A DNA stretch of 64,000 nt, from NCBI GenBank assembly GCA_951406725.2, contig OX597824.1, positions 37,572,001 through 37,636,000 of the forward strand, given 5' to 3'. Position numbers and translations under genes: made by a program. The notes under the pieces were generated by a model. It made no database searches, was not told where the DNA came from, and was given only the letters and a program-made list of their open reading frames with translations. This stretch comes from Octopus vulgaris. Lineage: Eukaryota. The first letter of the stretch is position 1. Each line of letters starts with the position of its first letter. Shown in pieces: positions 1 to 13,345 of this stretch.

Positions 1-46
1 AGAAAATATTTCATTGGGAAAAGTAGACTCAGTAAAACGAAACATA

Positions 47-420
47 GGCGTAGGAGTGGCTGTGTGGAAAGTAGCTTGCTTACCAACCACATGGTTCCGG
101 GTTCAGTCCCACTGCGTGACACCTTGGGCAAATGTCTTCTACTATAGCCTCGGGCCGACCAAGGCCTTGTGAGTGGATTTGGTAGACAGAAACTGAAAGA
201 AGCCCGTCGTATATATGTATATATAGATATATGTATATGTGTGTGTATACGTTTATGTGTCTGTGTTTGCTCCCCCCCACATCGCTTGACAACCGATGCT
301 GGTGTGTAACTTAGCGGTTCGACAAAAGAGACCGATAGAATAAGTACTTACAAAGGCTTACAAAGAATAAGTTCTGGGGTCAATTTGCTCGACAAATGAC
401 TGAAACAAGTAAAAGAAAAG
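47..420 (+). mobile_element. tRNA-derived SINE family A (internal TA/TG microsatellite)
   Basis: Head ggcgtaggagtggctgtgtgg..ggttcagtccc (Pol III A/B boxes), ttgggcaa core, A-rich tail; multi-copy in the window. Confidence 0.9.
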
Positions 421-519
421 GAAAGGAATAAAAGAAAGGAAATCTGGATAACTATCTGGATAACTCTCTCTCACTCTCTCTTTCTTTCTTTCTCTCTCTA
501 TCTCTCACTCTCTCTATCA

Positions 520-720
520 CTAACCACATGTGAATCGTCGGCGATTCCCCCCCTCCCGTCTTCCTTTTCTATTAGACTTACCTCTATTTCTGAAGAAGAA
601 CTTTGCTCGAAACGTAAAACCACCTTTCTTTCCTTCCCTGAGCGTCTGCTAATACTTTACATGTACCACGTCCTCGTATTGTTGTTTTTTGTGTTTGTTC
701 TTCGCTTTTTTGAGATTTAC
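520..720 (+). mobile_element. ~200-bp hammerhead-containing repeat (Penelope-like pLTR / non-autonomous element), copy 1
   Basis: Collinear with 48104-48307 (both start ctaaccacRtgtgWatcgtYggcgatt), contains the hammerhead and ends in (TA)n. Confidence 0.6.
587..619 (+). ncRNA. Minimal type I hammerhead ribozyme motif
   Basis: ttt-CTGAAGA-a-GAAC-ttt-GCTC-GAAA-CG-TA-aaa: intact core, 4-bp stem II with one mismatch, palindromic ACGT stem III, GUA cleavage triplet. Confidence 0.65.
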
Positions 721-764
721 TATATATGTATATATATACACAGAGAGGGAGAGAGAGGTATTAC

Positions 765-836
<72 letters not shown>

Positions 837-887
837 CTCTCTCTCTCTATCTATCTGTATATCTGTCTGTCTGTCTGTCTGTCTACA

Positions 888-945
<58 letters not shown>

Positions 946-946
<1 letters not shown>

Positions 947-1317
947 GAGCAAAACGGCCCCCCGTCCAATGGACAGTGCTGAGTTGTCAAACATTTAAAC
1001 CAGATTTTCTCAAAACAACTTGTCCGACCGTCCCATAGGCCTCCCCTTTGAGAAACACTGATTTAACCTAAATTTCAGACACCAGCAAAAGAAGAAATAA
1101 AGATAGACTTTTTTTTCTATTCCAAGAAAAACGATTTTACAAATGCACGTTCCCACGGCTTTATCGATCGCATTCTCACCTGGAAACGAGTTTTGTAATA
1201 CGAGTTTTGTAATACCGTCGGTATATACATATCAAATTTGAGCGCAATCGGATGGAGGATGCCCGAGATCCTAGAAGACACACACACAGACAGACAGAAC
1301 GGATTTTATATAATAGA
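946..1317 (-). mobile_element. Non-autonomous Helitron-like element
   Basis: Minus strand starts TCTATTATATAAAA followed by (CTGT)n/(GT)n. It has a subterminal hairpin CTGTCC-att-GGACGG and a CTCG 3' end, and is inserted between host A and T with no TSD. Confidence 0.7.
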
Positions 1318-1532
1318 TATATATATACATATACGCATTCAATCACGCACTCTTATATTCTGGTATTTGCATTAGTTATTTACCACAGCCATGCTGGAGC
1401 ACCTACATGAACGGGTTTAGGCGATCATAATGACGCCAGTAGATATTTTGGAAGTCTGGTGCTGATTCCATTGATCTCTATTTTCACACCGGCTAGATAC
1501 GTGACGCATAGACTTTCCAAATAGTGTCAACG

Positions 1533-1890
<358 letters not shown>

Positions 1891-2498
1891 GAAAATTCAT
1901 CCAGTGCCAGTGTCAAACAACAACTAGAATTCCAATGAGATACATTCCAAAACTAACATACAACAGCACAACTACCTCAAAACATGTATTGATATCCACA
2001 TTGTCTTTTACTAAACAAAGACTTTCCCCATAGCTATTCACATATGACCGTATTTACATGCACATTCACACATACACACGCACTTACACTGACACATACA
2101 CACACACAAAAAATATATATACATACATGCGTACATACTCACGCATAAACACACAAGTTCTAGCATACAAAGATTCCTGTGAATACATATGCATGTATTC
2201 ACAGCATAAACATATATATATCTACACCATTTTAATAAATATATGCAGTTACATAAGATGAACTTGCTCGCGTGTTTACATTTAGAAAAGATCTCAGACT
2301 TAGTGTTTAAATATCTCACTTCCTACTGTGATTTTTTTAGTATCCGCCTCTTGCAGTGTATTTGCAACATGTATCACAGCCGTTTTTATAAATCGTTGGT
2401 CTAAAAATACACATAACTCGAGAACTTTGTTTTGTTTCAGGTAGCAATGTTCCTGAAATAATATACACTGTTGCAAAATCCCTTCTGTCTGGATAACA

Positions 2499-2716
2499 AG
2501 AGGGGGTGCTGAAACGTTCCTGGATTTAAGGGTATCGTGAAAGGCCTGACTGGAGGCTGAACCTTCCGAGTTCTTTTAAAGGGCTTAGAAAAACTCAATG
2601 ACCGCTGCAATAACTGTGTAAATATGTGAGTGGAATATCTTGGATAAAAATCATAATTAACTGATCCCCCTCTATTTTCTTTTACCCAAAGCCAGGGTCT
2701 TTTAAGCACCTCTTCG
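2499..2716 (-). mobile_element. Tc1/mariner-derived MITE (~220 bp)
   Basis: TIRs gagggggtgctgaaa../..tttaagcacctcttcg followed by TA. Reverse-orientation homolog of 6114-6330. Confidence 0.8.
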
Positions 2717-2803
2717 TACATCCTTTAGTGCAGAGCTAAGACTCGGATCTATTGAAATTAACCTTTGTTTTGTTTCAGGTATCAATGTTTCTGAAATAAT
2801 ATA

Positions 2804-3229
2804 GGATCTTTTCGGTTTGAACGGCAGTTTTTAACATAGTTTCTAGGTAACTAAAAAATTTTAAACTTTGTATACTGGTAGAATGTGTTTATAAAACATC
2901 TTTTTCTCTTGGCTTTATTGAGAAAATTCTATAGTTTGTAAGATATTTGTTGTTTTTTTTCTTCAATTTCTGCAATTTCAACCAATCAGTGACGTCAATT
3001 GAGGTAAAAAACATTCTGTGCCGTATGAATATGACCCTCGTTTAAGAAACAGATTAGGTTTATTTACATTTGTGAAGAAAAAAAAATACCCTTCCCTAAC
3101 CCTAACCCTAACTAACCCTAACCCTAAAAGAGATTGAAATGCAATAGATCGATACTAGGGTCATAATTACGGGTGACAATTTCATATGACACCGCTAGAA
3201 AAAAACTACCGTTCAAACCAAAAAGATCC
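2804..3229. mobile_element. Non-autonomous TIR DNA transposon (Merlin-like) with 8-bp TSD and internal telomeric repeats
   Basis: TIRs GGATCTTTTCGGTTTGAACGGCAGTTTTT / AAAAACTACCGTTCAAACCAAAAAGATCC; perfect TSD ATAATATA at 2796-2803 and 3230-3237. A GG start with 8-bp TSD fits Merlin. Confidence 0.85.
3094..3127. repeat. Interstitial (CCCTAA)n telomeric-type repeat
   Basis: ccctaaccctaaccctaactaaccctaaccctaa inside the MITE. Confidence 0.85.
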
Positions 3230-3676
3230 ATAATATACACTACTATTTGTCTATATAAGATAGCTACAAGATAGCACGATGCTTTCAGCGGGGTTGTATT
3301 GATGCTTCTATATGAACAACCGACCTGAATATACATGGCAGATTTATATATCATTTCCTTTAGATTAGCAGAACAACAAAAATTTACCGTGAAGTTATGT
3401 TTGTTGATCATATTTTTATATCTCTGCTATCGAGTGCTTATTAAATTCAGGAAGTTATTAGCTGACATTTAGCGAGTAGAAATGTTATTTTACAACTCAA
3501 TTTCTTTTTCTACTGAGGACTGTCGATATAGTAAAGGGATGTTCGGCCAATGACATTTCAAACTGATGTGTAAAGAACTTCTTCTCTTTGTTCTGGGATA
3601 CATCAATTTTATGTATCGAGTACAGACGTTTATATTCATTCACTACCAGATGTTCAATTTTAAGTCGAGCATTTTG

Positions 3677-3736
<60 letters not shown>

Positions 3737-4270
3737 TGGCTGTCCCCTCGTTATCGAGTATGGCCATTGCACGAAGCTTAATCAATGTTGTTATCGTGCA
3801 ATGCCTGTGCAAGAAGATTTTTTTAAAGTGAGGAAAGGCTGTGCACTGAGTCAATCCCACTCACTAAGCAACAGCAGCCTTAATCCGAAAAGAAGAACAA
3901 GTCAACATCATCGGTAGCCACTGAGCCGCAGGTTTTATGTCGGAGTTATCCCAGTTACCTGAGCTACCTTCTCCTAGAAAGATGCCCTAACAAAGGCTGG
4001 GAGTCCTTCACTCCCAATGGTTTAACCGCGCGATCGGGTATTCAGTCCGATTATTTCTATGTCCCCGCGCATGATACAGCCTTAAGACATTTATTGGATG
4101 GCCGTTTACTCTCAAGAGTTCCTCCGCCTTTTGACGGGTTTTGTTTTTCATTCCGCAGGGCGTCCAATAAACACCCTTCTCACCATGCAAGCTTGGTGGG
4201 GTTGCCGCTTTAATCGCCGGCGACCCGACCAGGTTGTACTGATACATACACATGACCGTATGAAAGTGAC

Positions 4271-4334
<64 letters not shown>

Positions 4335-4370
4335 GTCACTTTCAGTAATTGTTCATACCGCTGTCATGTG

Positions 4371-4411
<41 letters not shown>

Positions 4412-4416
4412 TGGCC

Positions 4417-4599
4417 GTATTTCGTCTGCCGTTACGTTCTGAGTTCAAATTCCACCGAGGTCGACTGTGCCTTTCATCCTTTCGAGATCGATAAATTAAG
4501 TACCAGTTGCGCACTGGGGTCGATGTAATCGACTTAATCCCTTTGTCTGTCCTTGTTTGTCCTTTCTGTGTTTAGCCCCTTGTGGGTAGTAAAGAAATA
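4417..4599 (+). mobile_element. SINE family B (partial)
   Basis: gtatttcgtctgccgttacgttctgagttcaaattcc..tttcatcctttcg core. Confidence 0.85.
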
Positions 4600-5777
4600 T
4601 ATATATATATAAACACGAACACGCATACACATACGTATACACATATGTATATATGAGTATTTGCGTGTGTGTGTGTGCGTGTGTGCGTGTGTGTACTATA
4701 CTATTCTATAATTTTTTAATGGCTAGCATTTAGATTTTAATGTTTCTATATAAGAAAAGAGTATACTAATAAGTCTACAAAAATATGTCTGTGTTGCATT
4801 GTGTTATGAAGTACAAACGATAATTAATCTAATTCAGCGCTTGTCCATAATTATGATTTTATATGAATAAGATAACTGTAAGGAAACACAAGGATAGACT
4901 CAATCATTAACAATCTGATAAACCCCAAAATAGCATACATATACACACACACATACTACAGATGATCATTGATCATGTGAGTCTTTATAGATATCGTTAA
5001 CAAGTCTATTGAAGCTGATTACCATGGAGAATGTATTTTAATTCACCAACGCAACCCGAATACAAAATGTTAATTGAGATGATGAATTACAATTATCTCC
5101 ATTAGCTGCCTTGTTTAATTTACGTAAAAATAATAACTCCACAGCTAAATTTGCAATCCTGTTTTTTGAAACTCTTAACTACCAGTTGAAAAAATTGTTG
5201 GAGTACATTTAGAAAGTTAACCAAATTTTTTTTTTATCTTAAACAATAAAGATTTCAGTAAAGCCCTTTGTTTTAGTCATGTTTTTCCACCAAAATCCTG
5301 TTTGCACAGTCAACTTTTGATGTTTTTTTGAATTTTAAAAATAAATTTTAAATTTGCATTCTTATTTGTATTTTCCTATCGCAGAATCTGATGTACCAAA
5401 TGATAAGACAACCGAAAGCTAATATTGAGACTTTCAGTATGGCCTTAAAAAGATTGACACAAAGACAACTACTAATATATTTCAACGATAAATATTCATG
5501 GAGTAGACAAAATATATTTGATATTTCATTTATAAATATCGATTCCTACTTAGCGTCTCGTGTTTATACTTAAAAGTTAATTTCTTTAAAGAGACAAACA
5601 CCATGCCTTTCAATCTATTAAGTAGCCTAATTACATTTTAAACCTCGTGATTCGTTGAAATTTGAGCAACAGTACCTTCGAAACAGAATAAAAGGCCGAT
5701 AAAATCGTTTACTGGTATTCCACACACAACCTTACTTTTTTCTATCGAAGCCAGAAAGTTTTATATAAATTAGAGTT

Positions 5778-6110
5778 GTATGTATGTATGTATGTACGTA
5801 TGTATGTATGTATGTATGTATGTATGTATGTATGTATGTATGTATGTATGTATGTATGTATGTATGTATGTATGTATGCATGCATGTATGTATGTATGTA
5901 TGTATGTATGTATGTATGTATGTATGTATGTATGTATTTATGTATGTATGCATTTATGTATGCATGTATGTATGTATGTATGCATGCATGTATGTATGTA
6001 TGTATTTATGTATGCATGTATGTATGTATGTATTATGTATGTATGTGTGCGTGTGCGTGTGTGTGTGCGTGTGTATGTGTGTGCGTGTATGTGTGTGTGC
6101 GTATGTATGT
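5778..6110. repeat. (TATG)n / (TG)n microsatellite
   Basis: Directly visible. Confidence 0.95.
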
Positions 6111-6113
6111 GTA

Positions 6114-6330
6114 GGAGGGGGTGCTGAAAAGTTCATGGTTTTGGGTAAAAGAAAATACAGGAGAATCAGTTAATTATGATTTTATTCAACATATTCCCCT
6201 CTCAGATTCACACAGTCATTGCCGCGGTCCTCCAGCTTTTCTAAGCTCCGTCAAAGAACTCAGAAGGTTGGGCATCCAACCAGTTCTTTCGAGATGCCCT
6301 TAAAGCCAGAAACTTTTCAACACCCCCTTG
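6114..6330 (+). mobile_element. Tc1/mariner-derived MITE (~220 bp)
   Basis: TA-flanked; TIRs ggagggggtgctgaaaagttc../..aacttttcaacacccccttg. Confidence 0.82.
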
Positions 6331-7771
6331 TACACGTGTCTATGCATTTGCAAGCATGCATACTTGTATGTATAAGCAACTGTACACATATACGCATGTA
6401 TGTGCGCATGCTCAAACGGGGAACAGTTATGGATGACATTGTATATGTCAGTATTACATGCTGAAGTTCCTGAAGGTTTAACTTATTGGCAATATCTCAT
6501 CATGGTAACAACCTCTAGAGAGAACGCGTAAAAGAATAGATTCATGCTATTGCTCCCTTTCAGTTAGGTTCCTTAACTCCCTCAGTCTTTGATCACATGT
6601 GTAAGTGTGTGTGTGCACACACGCATATTTATCTGTCTACTTGTCTGTCAGTCTGTCTGTCTGTCTGTCTTTCCCTCTCCCTTTTTAAACGTACATACAT
6701 ATATACATATTACGTTTATATATTTATTTACATATAAATAATGTTTATATATTACTAAACATAGACGCACATAGAGATATACGCATGCGCAAATGAAGAC
6801 ACATACAATAGAAATACAAAATGGCTGACAGTTAGTAAGGAGAGACACAAAAATAAGAAAGAAGAAAGCAAAGGACCACTGATGCGGTCACAGGAGTGTG
6901 ACGAAAGAACTCTGGCCGAAATAAGATTAAGATTAATGTAAAAAATAAATAACACTGAAGCAAAGTAACACCAAATATATAGTGCGTATTTTTATTGGCT
7001 AAACTGGCAAAATGACCATTCCGAAATACAGCTTTCGTTGATGTATATCGCTGGAGATTGCAAATCTTTCGTCGATGTATATCGGTGGAGGTTGTAAATA
7101 CCAGCGTAAAACCATAACTCTTCCAACAAAGTTCTGTACACCAAGTTACAGACAGTGTCTTGTCACTCGCATCTTCAAAAACGGCAGTGAATCAGTACTT
7201 GGCCTGTTATATACATGTAACTAGCAATAAAATAAATACAATAAATAAGCTCGCTGAAAGTATGAGGAAGCCACATTAACCAAGAAATTTCTGATCCGAA
7301 ATTGCTCTCTACTTTTCCAGCTGATTTGGGTATTGTTCTTACTGAAGAACAATGGAGTTTATTTGCAATAGAGCATCCTTCACGTTAAATTCCTTACCTA
7401 CCGGCACTCACCTCCTGGTGCGCAGTAAATTTAAATGTAGCCGAGTAAGGGAGATTTCAAGATGATAACAGAATGCATTTAGCGAAGAGAGTGAAAAAGC
7501 AGCCATTTTTAATGACAGTTATATCACGTTCGTGACATTATCAAGTTTAATTTTTTTGAACTTGTCTACTGGTAGCTGCCAAATCTTCAACAAACCATTA
7601 TAAAACAGTATGATCCACAGCAAAGATGAATTAAGGTCAGCTAAAAGCATTGCTCTTCTGGTTTGTTTCACAGCTACCTTCGTAGCAGAAGTCAAGCAGA
7701 GCAGGCTGAAGGTAATAAAGAACAAGAATAAATGCAATAGCAAAAGGCACAGATTGTTCAGGAACAACTAC

Positions 7772-7827
<56 letters not shown>

Positions 7828-8225
7828 TGTGTGTGAGTCTGTGTGTCTGGGTGCGCGCGCAGAAGATACGTAACGGTTTCGTAACTATGGATCGAAACAT
7901 CAGTCTTCACGTTCGTTCTCACTGTTCTCGGAATATGCACTTAAAATCTCTTCGTGTAATCTGTCAAATTCGCTATCATCCAGATTGATCTAGATAAGCT
8001 CTTTCTATTTTAGTTCCAGTGACCTAATGCAAGCTGTAACACAGTGTATACATGTAAAATATAAAAAAGCCAGTTTCTTCTGTGACTTCACCGCGACTTA
8101 GTTCCTACACACAGGTGCACCTGTACACGTTAACAAATTTCTTTTGCACAAGCCTTGCACCCTTTATCTTCATCCTTCCACACACTCTAGTGGTAGACTA
8201 CCGCAAGAGCTGCACATAAACATTA

Positions 8226-8630
8226 GGCGTAGGAGTGGCTGTGTGGTAAGTAGCTTGTTTACCAACCACATGGTTACGGGTTCAGTCCCACTGTGTGGCA
8301 CCTTGGGCAAGTGTCTTCAACTATTGCCTCGGGCTGACCAAAGTCTTGTGAGTGGATTTGAAAGCCGGAAACTGAAAGAAGCCCGTCGTATATATGTAAA
8401 TATATACGTATGTGTGTATGTATATATTAGTGTGCCTGTGTTTGTCCCCCCCAACATCGCTTGACAACCGATGCTGGTGTGTTTACGTCCCCGTAACTTA
8501 GCGGTTCGGCAAAAGAGACCGATAGGATAAGTACTAGGCTTACAAAGAATAAGTCCTGGGATCGATTTGCTCGGCTAAAGGCGGTGCTCCAGCATGGCCA
8601 CAGTCAAATGACTGAAACAAGTAAAAGAGA
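8226..8630 (+). mobile_element. SINE family A, full length
   Basis: High similarity to 47-420. Confidence 0.92.
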
Positions 8631-9016
8631 GAAACACAAACTCGCCGCATTTGTTTAACTCCATAACAATCAATAAAATCTATAAAAAATATGAACTATC
8701 TTTTGTCAATTCATTTCAGTATATCCAGAAATTATCAACTTGTCACTTGTTAATCTTACCTGCCACATCTGTTGATACGTAGCTCGAATGGGTTTATCTA
8801 AAATAAAACTGTTTCGCGTCGAAGTAAAAGTTAAGATGTAAAAAGCGAGGGATGGCATGTTAATAATTTCTGAATGTATTGACCTCAGTTAGTCAACCCT
8901 TATAACTGATTTTATTTAATTGTTTCCTAGGTTAACAACTGCGACGAGTTGAAAGAAAATTTTTTTAAAATTGTATTGTTGATGACAGTTTTCATCGAAT
9001 ATATCTTGACTAGTAA

Positions 9017-9427
9017 GGCGGCAAACTGGCAGAATCGTTAGCACGACGGGCGAAATGCCTAGCGGCATTTTGTCTGCCGTTACGTTCTGAGTTCAAATTC
9101 CGCCGAGGTTGACTTTGCCTTTCATCCTTTCGGGGTCGATTAAATAAGTACCAGTTACGCACTGGGGTCGATATAATCGACTTAATCCGTTTGTCTGTCC
9201 TTATTTGTCCTCTCTGTGTTTAGCCCCTTGTGGGTACTAAAGAAATAGTTATTTCGTCTGCCGTTACGTTCTGAGTTCCAATTCCACCGAGGTCGACTTT
9301 GTCTTTCATCCTTTCGGGGATCGATTAAATAAGCACTGGGGTCGATGTAATTGACTTAATCCCGTTGTCTGTCTTTGTTTGTGCCCTCTATGTTTAGCAC
9401 ACCCCACTGTGAGCAATAAAGAAATAA
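9017..9427 (+). mobile_element. SINE family B with tandemly duplicated body
   Basis: Head ggcggc.a.ctggcagaatcgttagc, B box gagttcaaattcc; a ~185-bp unit occurs twice. Confidence 0.9.
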
Positions 9428-9518
9428 ATATATATTGACTAATCTTTATGGGAGACTACCATTAAGTGTGTGGAAGGAAGAACGTAAAGGCAAAAGAAAT
9501 TGGTTACTGCATGTGTAT

Positions 9519-9563
<45 letters not shown>

Positions 9564-10467
9564 AGAGAGAGAGAGAGGTATGTTTCGACGAAGTTGCAAA
9601 ATATGACAGACCTAAATTGTCTAAAAATCACTGAAGGGACTGACTGTTTCTTTTTACACGTATTGCAAATTTACATCCGTGTCACGTTAAAAGTAGGTCA
9701 CTGAAATTAGGACTGAATGAGCTTATCTATAGTAGATCAGCCTGAGATGATGGCGGATTTGACAAACGAAAAACAGGATTTTAAGTACACATTTCGAGGA
9801 CACTGGAAATGAACGTGGAGACTAAAGTCTTGATCCATGGTTATGAAGTCTTGTACCCTACAAATTTTATAATTATGTATATCAAAAACCATATATAAAG
9901 AATATAGCATTTTCCGTTTAGTATTTAAAGCTTAAGATAGAGAACTAGAGCTTCACATATCACATTAGTTTCAGCTCTATGTACATACACGGACATTAAC
10001 TACGAGTCTTTTGATCAATTTTTACAATTTGTCAACCATATAATTAACCAGTGCCGATATATGTTCGTATCTTTGCGTTACAAAGAGTCGCCCTGATTTA
10101 TCTTTTACACAAAACTTTCAAGTGAATAGAGATATTGATTAAAACATTATCGTTTCTCAACGCCTGCCTCTTTACACATCCATCTTCCGCACACTGATAT
10201 TACATTAGATATTTGGTAACGGTAAAAAGAGGAAGGCAACAGGCGCAGATATGCCGATGTAATTGTTCCTGAAATATCAGTTAGAAATAATAACTCAAAG
10301 CATTTACATCAAACACAAGAATAAATACATTCAGAAGTCGACAAGTATTAGCAAGAGCATCTACAAGTGTTCGCACACACGACCACAAACGCGCACGTCT
10401 GACCTCGCATACAGACACATGCACCTGCGCGCACACACGCATAATCATCGACACACACACACACACA

Positions 10468-10605
<138 letters not shown>

Positions 10606-10747
10606 GGTTAGTAAAATAAATTACTTGCGCATTAACTCATTAGAAATACACAAAACTTTTTAACTATTTTAATATAAAAATCTCTTCATATATAGTGGTA
10701 ATTCAACTCACAAGTTTGGGTAGGAATTAAAAATCATGTAGGTTATT

Positions 10748-10798
10748 TGAGAACGTACGTTTCAAGATTAGTCAAAACAACACTTCTATCATCGCTCA
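10748..10798 (-). ncRNA. Degenerate hammerhead ribozyme motif
   Basis: Minus strand: TGAG-cgatga-..aag...ctt-GAAA-CGTACG-TT-CTCA. Stem I TGAG/CTCA and palindromic stem III are present; the core lacks one base. Confidence 0.5.
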
Positions 10799-11121
10799 GA
10801 AACTCATTTGGAAACGAAAGTAAGAACATACCTTCGAAGATTCGAATAAATGCAACAACAAATAAGCAAGCGAAGAATTTCGTCTCCTCACCAGCGTGGT
10901 AAAATCATCAAAATCATTTGGTAAAATCGAAGCATTAATTAGAGGAGATTAATATATTAAATTAGGTAAAATTATTATTAATCAATTTCACCAAGTGTTC
11001 AGTATAGGGACATTTAAGGCGAATTAAATTATTACATTATATAAAAGGTTAGTAAAAAATTACTTTGATTGAACTATTGAAATAGCAGCTAAAACTTTTA
11101 AGCTATTTCTAATACTTAAAG

Positions 11122-11159
<38 letters not shown>

Positions 11160-11401
11160 AAACACAGAAGAACATCCCTCAAGATCCGTAACTACGTGCA
11201 AAACCCAATAAGCAAGAAGAATTCTGTTCTCCTTTCCACGCGTGGGTTAAATCATCATATGCTTATTTCGTAAACAATTAATTAGAGGAGATTATAATAT
11301 TGAGGGTAAAAAATTATTAAATTTGATAAGAATAGAATATTATTACATATATATATATTGCATGAACTCTAATAGTAAAAATTTTAAAGCTATTCTATAC
11401 T

Positions 11402-11440
<39 letters not shown>

Positions 11441-11535
11441 TAGTATATATGTCTTATATATCCATACTATATAGGTTTGTTTGATTTTGAAACTACGTTC
11501 TCAAATACCAGCATTTGATTTTTAATGTCAATAGT

Positions 11536-11574
<39 letters not shown>

Positions 11575-11796
11575 CCATATAAAATAATGAATTCTAAATC
11601 CCTATACTGTTGTGATTGATTAATAATTAATTAATTTACCCAATTGTCAATCTAACGCGAACGTTAGATTGACAGTATACCGCTGTTTAGCCCTAGGAAG
11701 CATCGACGCCTCCTGATGGCTTTGATACATTTTTCCTGTGTCCTTATATACATTTACGAAGGGGAGACAAATACCCCCAGCCGCCCGGGCTGCATC

Positions 11797-11837
11797 TAGG
11801 GACACGTGTTTCAGGATGATTGTCCTTCGTCGGCCTA
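11797..11837 (-). ncRNA. Type I hammerhead ribozyme motif (U4>C variant)
   Basis: Minus strand: TAGG-CCGACGA-AGGA-caatca-TCCT-GAAA-CACGTG-TC-CCTA. Perfect stems I and II, palindromic stem III (ACACGTGT), GUC site. Confidence 0.8.
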
Positions 11838-11928
11838 CTGTCACGTTCGTGTTAGATTGACAGTATACAACCATTCTATCGCCCCACCACCGTACATGTC
11901 TCTACGAGAGATTTAGAAATTTAGTATT

Positions 11929-11970
<42 letters not shown>

Positions 11971-12028
11971 AAGTATATATGGTATACTTATGTTATACAC
12001 ATATATATACGTATGTATCTCTCTCTCA

Positions 12029-12063
<35 letters not shown>

Positions 12064-12069
12064 AATATA

Positions 12070-12101
<32 letters not shown>

Positions 12102-12155
12102 AATTGTAAGTCACAGACACACACACGCGCGCGCGCACACACATACACAAACACA

Positions 12156-12201
<46 letters not shown>

Positions 12202-12618
12202 CAGAGAGGATAAATACGTGATAAATACGTAGATAGAGAAATAGAATAGACTAGACTGATAAATATATAGTTAAAAGATTGGTTGATATTTATAGAAAGA
12301 TACAGATCAAGTAAGCAAATTGAAACGCATGCACCACGCATGCTCACAAACAGTTATCAGCGCAGTGTTCGAAAAAAGGAATAATGAGTAAAAGATTAAA
12401 TTAATATTATTTATTTTTGTCTAGGTGCTGTTGTATACACACACAAACACACATACACATACATGTATATATGTATATACATAAACACGCACAAACACAC
12501 ACACATGCACACTAAAATCAATTGTTTTTATATGATAAAGTCTGCGAAACGATCATAGTTGTATGGATGTCAGTTGGTGAAATAAATTTTTTCATCTGAT
12601 ACCTCCTCTCTTTATAGT

Positions 12619-12932
<314 letters not shown>

Positions 12933-13212
12933 CATTCTCTTACGCCTAAAAAACCGCAACCGACCGTCGAACTAAGAACACATACTTTGTGTATGTGCCT
13001 TCGATTTTGTTAATATATATATATATATAGTTTTGCGTACATTGCGACAATATAATACAAAATGTTTTAAAGTTTACATTCTTATACAGTTCTGCGACAA
13101 GTAATCACTAATGTCAGTTGTTGTTTATTAAAAAAAAATATTGCTGTATCCTACAAGGGTGACATTGGAGTTGGCGAAATCGAGATAGAAGACAACATAA
13201 TTGAGACTGACG

Positions 13213-13345
13213 AAATTGTGACTGACGATGACGAAATTGTGACTGACGATAACGAAATTGTGACTGACGATAACGAAATTGTGACTGACGATGGCGAATT
13301 TCAAGTTGACGTTGACGAGATTGAGGTTGATAATGACGAATTTGG
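13213..13345. repeat. 21-bp minisatellite (gaaattgtgactgacgatRac)
   Basis: About 4 near-perfect units plus degenerate flanking units. Confidence 0.85.

Noticed and set aside
80-292. Recurrent ORFs ending ...EDTCPRCHAVGLNPEPCGW or containing WYLIYRPRKDERQSRPRR
   Set aside because: They are antisense translations of SINE families A and B.
3094-3127. Telomere or chromosome-fusion site
   Set aside because: Only ~5 units, enclosed within a TIR/TSD-bounded element.
13213-13345. CRISPR-like repeat array
   Set aside because: The units are contiguous with no unique spacers, and the context is eukaryotic.
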